Part shown: positions 40,512 through 43,289 of the stretch, one piece after another
Layout of the letters: every line of letters starts with the position of its first letter
How positions within the stretch are numbered: position 1 is the stretch's first letter
Assembly: GCA_017995405.1 (NCBI GenBank)
Contig: JAGOIY010000003.1
Location: 1 to 43,289, forward strand
Source: Candidatus Cloacimonadota bacterium
GTDB lineage: Bacteria; Cloacimonadota; Cloacimonadia; Cloacimonadales; Cloacimonadaceae
Direction of reading: 5' to 3'
DNA: 43,289 nt
The notes under the pieces: generated by a model
Seen by the model: only the letters and a program-made list of their open reading frames with translations
Told to the model about the DNA's origin: nothing
The model's database searches: none
Translations under genes and position numbers: made by a program

Positions 40512-41468
40512 TCAGTTGTTATGACTGGACGAATAATTGATCAGTCCGGGGCTGGGAAGCGGGATAGCCTCATTCAAAGACGGCACCGAGGAAAAGTATT
40601 TGCTATAGATAATTCTGAGGTCGCCGGCTGATTCTTCCAGGGGAGTGATATCCGCCATTTCATAGAGCAGATCGACACTGCCTTTGGCCCCGCAGCTGCT
40701 GTACTGGTAGTCCACCACTCTCACAAAACTGTCCTGTGCGTCAAAAAGACCCAGGATAAAGAACCCGCTGATGGGGACGTCCAGAGCGTTGCTGAGCGTC
40801 ACGTAAACGTTTGCCGGGATGGGCTGCTCCACCAGTTGATAGAGGAATTCCTCATCTCCCGCCACTGGCTCCACAAATATCTCGCTGTTGAGCTGGAAAG
40901 CCTGTTCGTCCAGCCAGTTGCCTGAATATGAACGGGCTGCCTTAAAGCCTCCCCAGTGTGCCAAAGTGCGCTGGACATACTGACTGGTGCCAGGATCGTT
41001 GACTATATAGGAAGAGGCCACGTTGGCTGGACCGTCCCGCTTGACCACGAGGACCCAGTGACTGCGCCGCTTGCTGACTTTTACGATTACTTTGTTGCCT
41101 TTGTCCAGTTCCGAGCTGAGGTAGTTCCAGTCGTTGGCATGATCGATCTGGCTCACAAGTTCCAGGCCCAGTCCGTTACCGTCCATTTCACCGGGAATTT
41201 GCCAGCGCATCAGGTCTCCGACGTAGCCTCCATTGCGCTGGAGCCAGGAATTTAGCTGATCTGGGGTCACACGGGGATTGGATGCTTCCGCGTTCAACAG
41301 CATGGAGAGGCAGCTCAACACGCAGCCACTCTTGCCAATGGAGCTGAGGCTCTGGCCCAGGTTGTCCTGTTTCCATCTGGAATCCGCCTGAGAATACCAG
41401 GTAAAACCGTTCGCCGTAAGGCCCATAACGAGCACGGCAAGGTAGATGACACTGACGATTTTTTTCAT
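40512..41468 (-). CDS. Secreted papain-fold protein, Peptidase_C39-like (YvpB/BtrH-type), with an unassigned C-terminal domain
   Basis: A signal peptide is present. The candidate triad comprises Cys49 in IGKSGCVLSCLSMLLNA, His in RRSHWVLVVKRDG and Asp in YIVNDPG. The ~130-aa C-terminal beta-rich region has no motif I recognise. Confidence 0.55.
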   Translation of the reverse strand: MKKIVSVIYLAVLVMGLTANGFTWYSQADSRWKQDNLGQSLSSIGKSGCVLSCLSMLLNAEASNPRVTPDQLNSWLQRNGGYVGDLMRWQIPGEMDGNGLGLELVSQIDHANDWNYLSSELDKGNKVIVKVSKRRSHWVLVVKRDGPANVASSYIVNDPGTSQYVQRTLAHWGGFKAARSYSGNWLDEQAFQLNSEIFVEPVAGDEEFLYQLVEQPIPANVYVTLSNALDVPISGFFILGLFDAQDSFVRVVDYQYSSCGAKGSVDLLYEMADITPLEESAGDLRIIYSKYFSSVPSLNEAIPLPSPGLINYSSSHNN

Positions 41469-41544
41469 AAGCTTAAACCAAAAGGATGTGATTGCAAATA
41501 AACAAATTAAGCTGTGAGGACAAGCTGCCCCACGGATGTATTTG

Positions 41545-41594
41545 TGTCAAGCCGAAAAAATCACTTGTCAAGTTTCGCGCCTCAGAAATACAGT
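41545..41594 (+). promoter_or_regulatory. Candidate promoter and direct repeat upstream of the hydrogenase-maturation genes
   Basis: TGTCAAG occurs at 41545-41551 and 41566-41572, 21 nt apart. TTGTCA (41565-41570), 18 nt, then TACAGT (41589-41594) resembles a sigma70 -35/-10 pair. Confidence 0.3.
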
Positions 41595-41703
41595 TCCCAA
41601 AACTATAGAACCTGAGATGAGGGACCCGCTCCGGCATCGAGGGTGGAAGATACCGTAATATCCACCTTGCCAGAGCCTCCCGGTCTCAACCAAGGATTTG
41701 GAA

Positions 41704-41952
41704 ATGGAACTCAAACGCCACGTGGTCACCATCGTTATCGATGATATCGAAACCGCCTTTCATCCCGTCACGGAACTGCTCCACACCTACGCTCCCAATA
41801 TTCTCCTGCGGGTGGGTTATCCCATGCGTGACAAGAATGTATCCGTGATCTTTCTGGTGATGGAACTTAGCGTGGAGGCCATGGGCGCGTTTTCCGGAAA
41901 GCTGGGCCAAATTCGCTGTGTAAAAGTAAAAAGCCTCACTCTGAAAATCTGA
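41704..41952 (+). CDS. Putative iron-only hydrogenase system regulator (TM1266 family, ACT/NikR-C-like)
   Basis: The 82-aa product reads MELKRHVVTIVIDDIETAFHPVTELLHTYAPNILLRVGYPMRDKNVSVIFLVMEL...GAFSGKLGQIRCVKVKS. Its size, pattern and position immediately upstream of hydG match the TM1266 family. An AAGGA SD site lies 7 nt before ATG 41704. Confidence 0.7.
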   Translation: MELKRHVVTIVIDDIETAFHPVTELLHTYAPNILLRVGYPMRDKNVSVIFLVMELSVEAMGAFSGKLGQIRCVKVKSLTLKI

Positions 41953-41967
41953 ACATTGGAGATATAA

Positions 41968-43289
41968 ATGAAGATCAGCACCGAAGGCGTCAAGTCTTTC
42001 ATCCCTACCGCAAAAATCAACGAATTGATCAAATCCCAGGGTCACGCTCCGGAATCCCGGATCCGCGAGATAATCGCCAAGTCCCTGGACAAAAACCGCC
42101 TCGAACCTGAAGAGACGGCCGCCTTGCTATCTGTCCAGGATCCTGAGCTCAAGCAGCTTATTCTGCACGGTGCCAAAGAGCTCAAGGAGCGCATCTACGG
42201 CAACCGCATTGTGCTCTTCGCTCCCCTCTATGTTGGCAATGAATGCGTAAACGACTGTGTATATTGCGGTTTTCGCATCTCAAACAAAGAGTGTCACCGG
42301 GCCACCCTGTCTAAAGAACAACTCGTAAGTGAGACCAAATCCCTGGTGGAAACAGGCCACAAACGTCTGATCATGGTCTATGGCGAGCATCCAAAATACA
42401 ATCCGGAATTTATTGCCGACACCGTCCAGACCGTTTACGACACCAAGTATAAGAAAGGAGAAATTCGCAGGGTCAACATCAATGCCGCGCCCCTGGATAT
42501 CGAAGGCTTTCGCACCGTCAAATCCGTAGGCATCGGCACCTATCAGATCTTCCAGGAAACCTATCATGAAGAGACGTACAAAAAGCTGCATCCCAGTGGG
42601 CCCAAGAGCAGCTTCCTCTGGAGACTGGATGGTCTGGACCGCGCTATGAAAGCGGGCATCGACGATCTCGGTATAGGAGCTCTGATGGGCCTCTACGACT
42701 GGAAATTTGAAGTGATGGGCCTGCTCTATCACACCATTCATCTGGAACAGACTTTTGGCGTGGGACCCCACACAATCTCTTTCCCTCGCATCGAACCGGC
42801 CATCGGAACCGAGTTTACCGAGCACCCACCCTATCAGGTCTCAGATGAGGATTTCAAACACCTGGTGGCCACCATCAGACTCAGCGTTCCCTACACCGGC
42901 ATGATCCTCACTGCCCGGGAACCCATTGCCATCCGCAACGAGGTCCTCAGTTATGGCGTATCTCAGATCGACGCCGGATCCAGCATTGGAGTGGGAGATT
43001 ATTCCTCCAAGGACGAGGAATCACGCAGCAAAAGCCAATTCGTGCTGGGTGACACCCGCAGCCTGGATGAAGTGATCTTTGAACTCGCCAAAGGGGGCTA
43101 TATTCCATCCTTCTGCACCAGTTGTTATCGTGCCGGCAGGACAGGCGAGCATTTCATGGAATTTGCCATACCCGGTTTTGTGAAACGCTTCTGTACTCCC
43201 AACGCGCTGCTCACCTTCGCGGAATACCTCTACGATTTTTCATCCCAAAAGACCCTCAATGCCGGATTGGATCTGATCCAAAAGGAACT
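41968..43289 (+). CDS. hydG: [FeFe]-hydrogenase H-cluster radical SAM maturase HydG (3' end truncated by the window edge)
   Basis: This ORF is absent from the supplied track because it has no stop within the window. A GGAG SD site precedes ATG 41968. The radical-SAM motif is CVNDCVYC (Cys93/97/100, nt 42244-42267). The HydG-specific C-terminal cluster motif FCTSCYRAGRTGEHFMEFAIPGFVKRFCTPNA distinguishes it from ThiH. Confidence 0.85.
   Translation, partial: MKISTEGVKSFIPTAKINELIKSQGHAPESRIREIIAKSLDKNRLEPEETAALLSVQDPELKQLILHGAKELKERIYGNRIVLFAPLYVGNECVNDCVYCGFRISNKECHRATLSKEQLVSETKSLVETGHKRLIMVYGEHPKYNPEFIADTVQTVYDTKYKKGEIRRVNINAAPLDIEGFRTVKSVGIGTYQIFQETYHEETYKKLHPSGPKSSFLWRLDGLDRAMKAGIDDLGIGALMGLYDWKFEVMGLLYHTIHLEQTFGVGPHTISFPRIEPAIGTEFTEHPPYQVSDEDFKHLVATIRLSVPYTGMILTAREPIAIRNEVLSYGVSQIDAGSSIGVGDYSSKDEESRSKSQFVLGDTRSLDEVIFELAKGGYIPSFCTSCYRAGRTGEHFMEFAIPGFVKRFCTPNALLTFAEYLYDFSSQKTLNAGLDLIQKE

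Noticed and set aside
41686-42825. Track ORFs 41686-42045(-), 41817-42032(-) and 42280-42825(-).
   Set aside because: They are antisense to the TM1266-type regulator and hydG. The plus-strand frames carry SD sites and diagnostic radical-SAM/HydG motifs, and the minus-strand products have none.
1-43289. CRISPR arrays, tRNA/rRNA genes, transposases, integrases, toxin-antitoxin pairs and restriction-modification systems.
   Set aside because: I scanned all intergenic regions longer than 60 nt (1-340, 3386-3487, 12910-13046, 17246-17717, 18438-18562, 22142-22475, 23704-23806, 31258-31349, 32139-32335, 35642-35772, 40354-40511, 41469-41703). I saw no spaced direct-repeat array, no tRNA T-loop/acceptor pattern and no recognisable mobile-element or defence ORF. 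The only methyltransferase lacks any DNA-MTase motif (no DPPY/NPPY or PCQ motif).

Overview
This is a 43.3-kb, tightly packed stretch of bacterial chromosome. I call 30 protein-coding genes, 27 of them on the minus strand, and many have 1-4 nt start/stop overlaps. I saw no rRNA, tRNA, CRISPR array, transposase, integrase or phage genes, so it does not look like a mobile island. Housekeeping genes (guaD, hslO, metG, lysC, cobB, trxA, dapD, tsaD) alternate with envelope and secreted proteins. The latter include two large proteins ending in closely related type IX secretion (Por/T9SS) C-terminal sorting domains, one of them a gingipain-type C25 peptidase. They also include an FG-GAP/ASPIC protein, a SpoIID/LytB protein and a C39-like papain-fold protein. 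The T9SS tails plus a TM1266-type regulator and HydG ([FeFe]-hydrogenase maturation) at the right edge suggest an anaerobic FCB-group bacterium. Cloacimonadota-like is only a guess that cannot be verified here. Items worth a second look: (1) a self-contained, translationally coupled two-gene module at 13047-17245. It encodes an exported caspase(C14)-PEGA-TM protein and a lipoprotein with four CHB_HEX-type repeats and an FGE/SUMF1-fold domain that appears to lack the catalytic Cys pair. (2) Two diverged, oppositely oriented copies of a ~150-nt palindrome-centred intergenic element (145-290 and 17519-17675), which may be a structured RNA or a REP/MITE-like repeat. (3) Tandem 9-nt and 12-nt repeats upstream of the C25 peptidase gene. 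(4) A dapD-centred operon with non-canonical partners. (5) A GDE-GT4-GH57 alpha-glucan operon followed by an orphan sigma54 activator co-transcribed with ybbR-tsaD. All functional calls come from motif recognition by eye. No database search was run.
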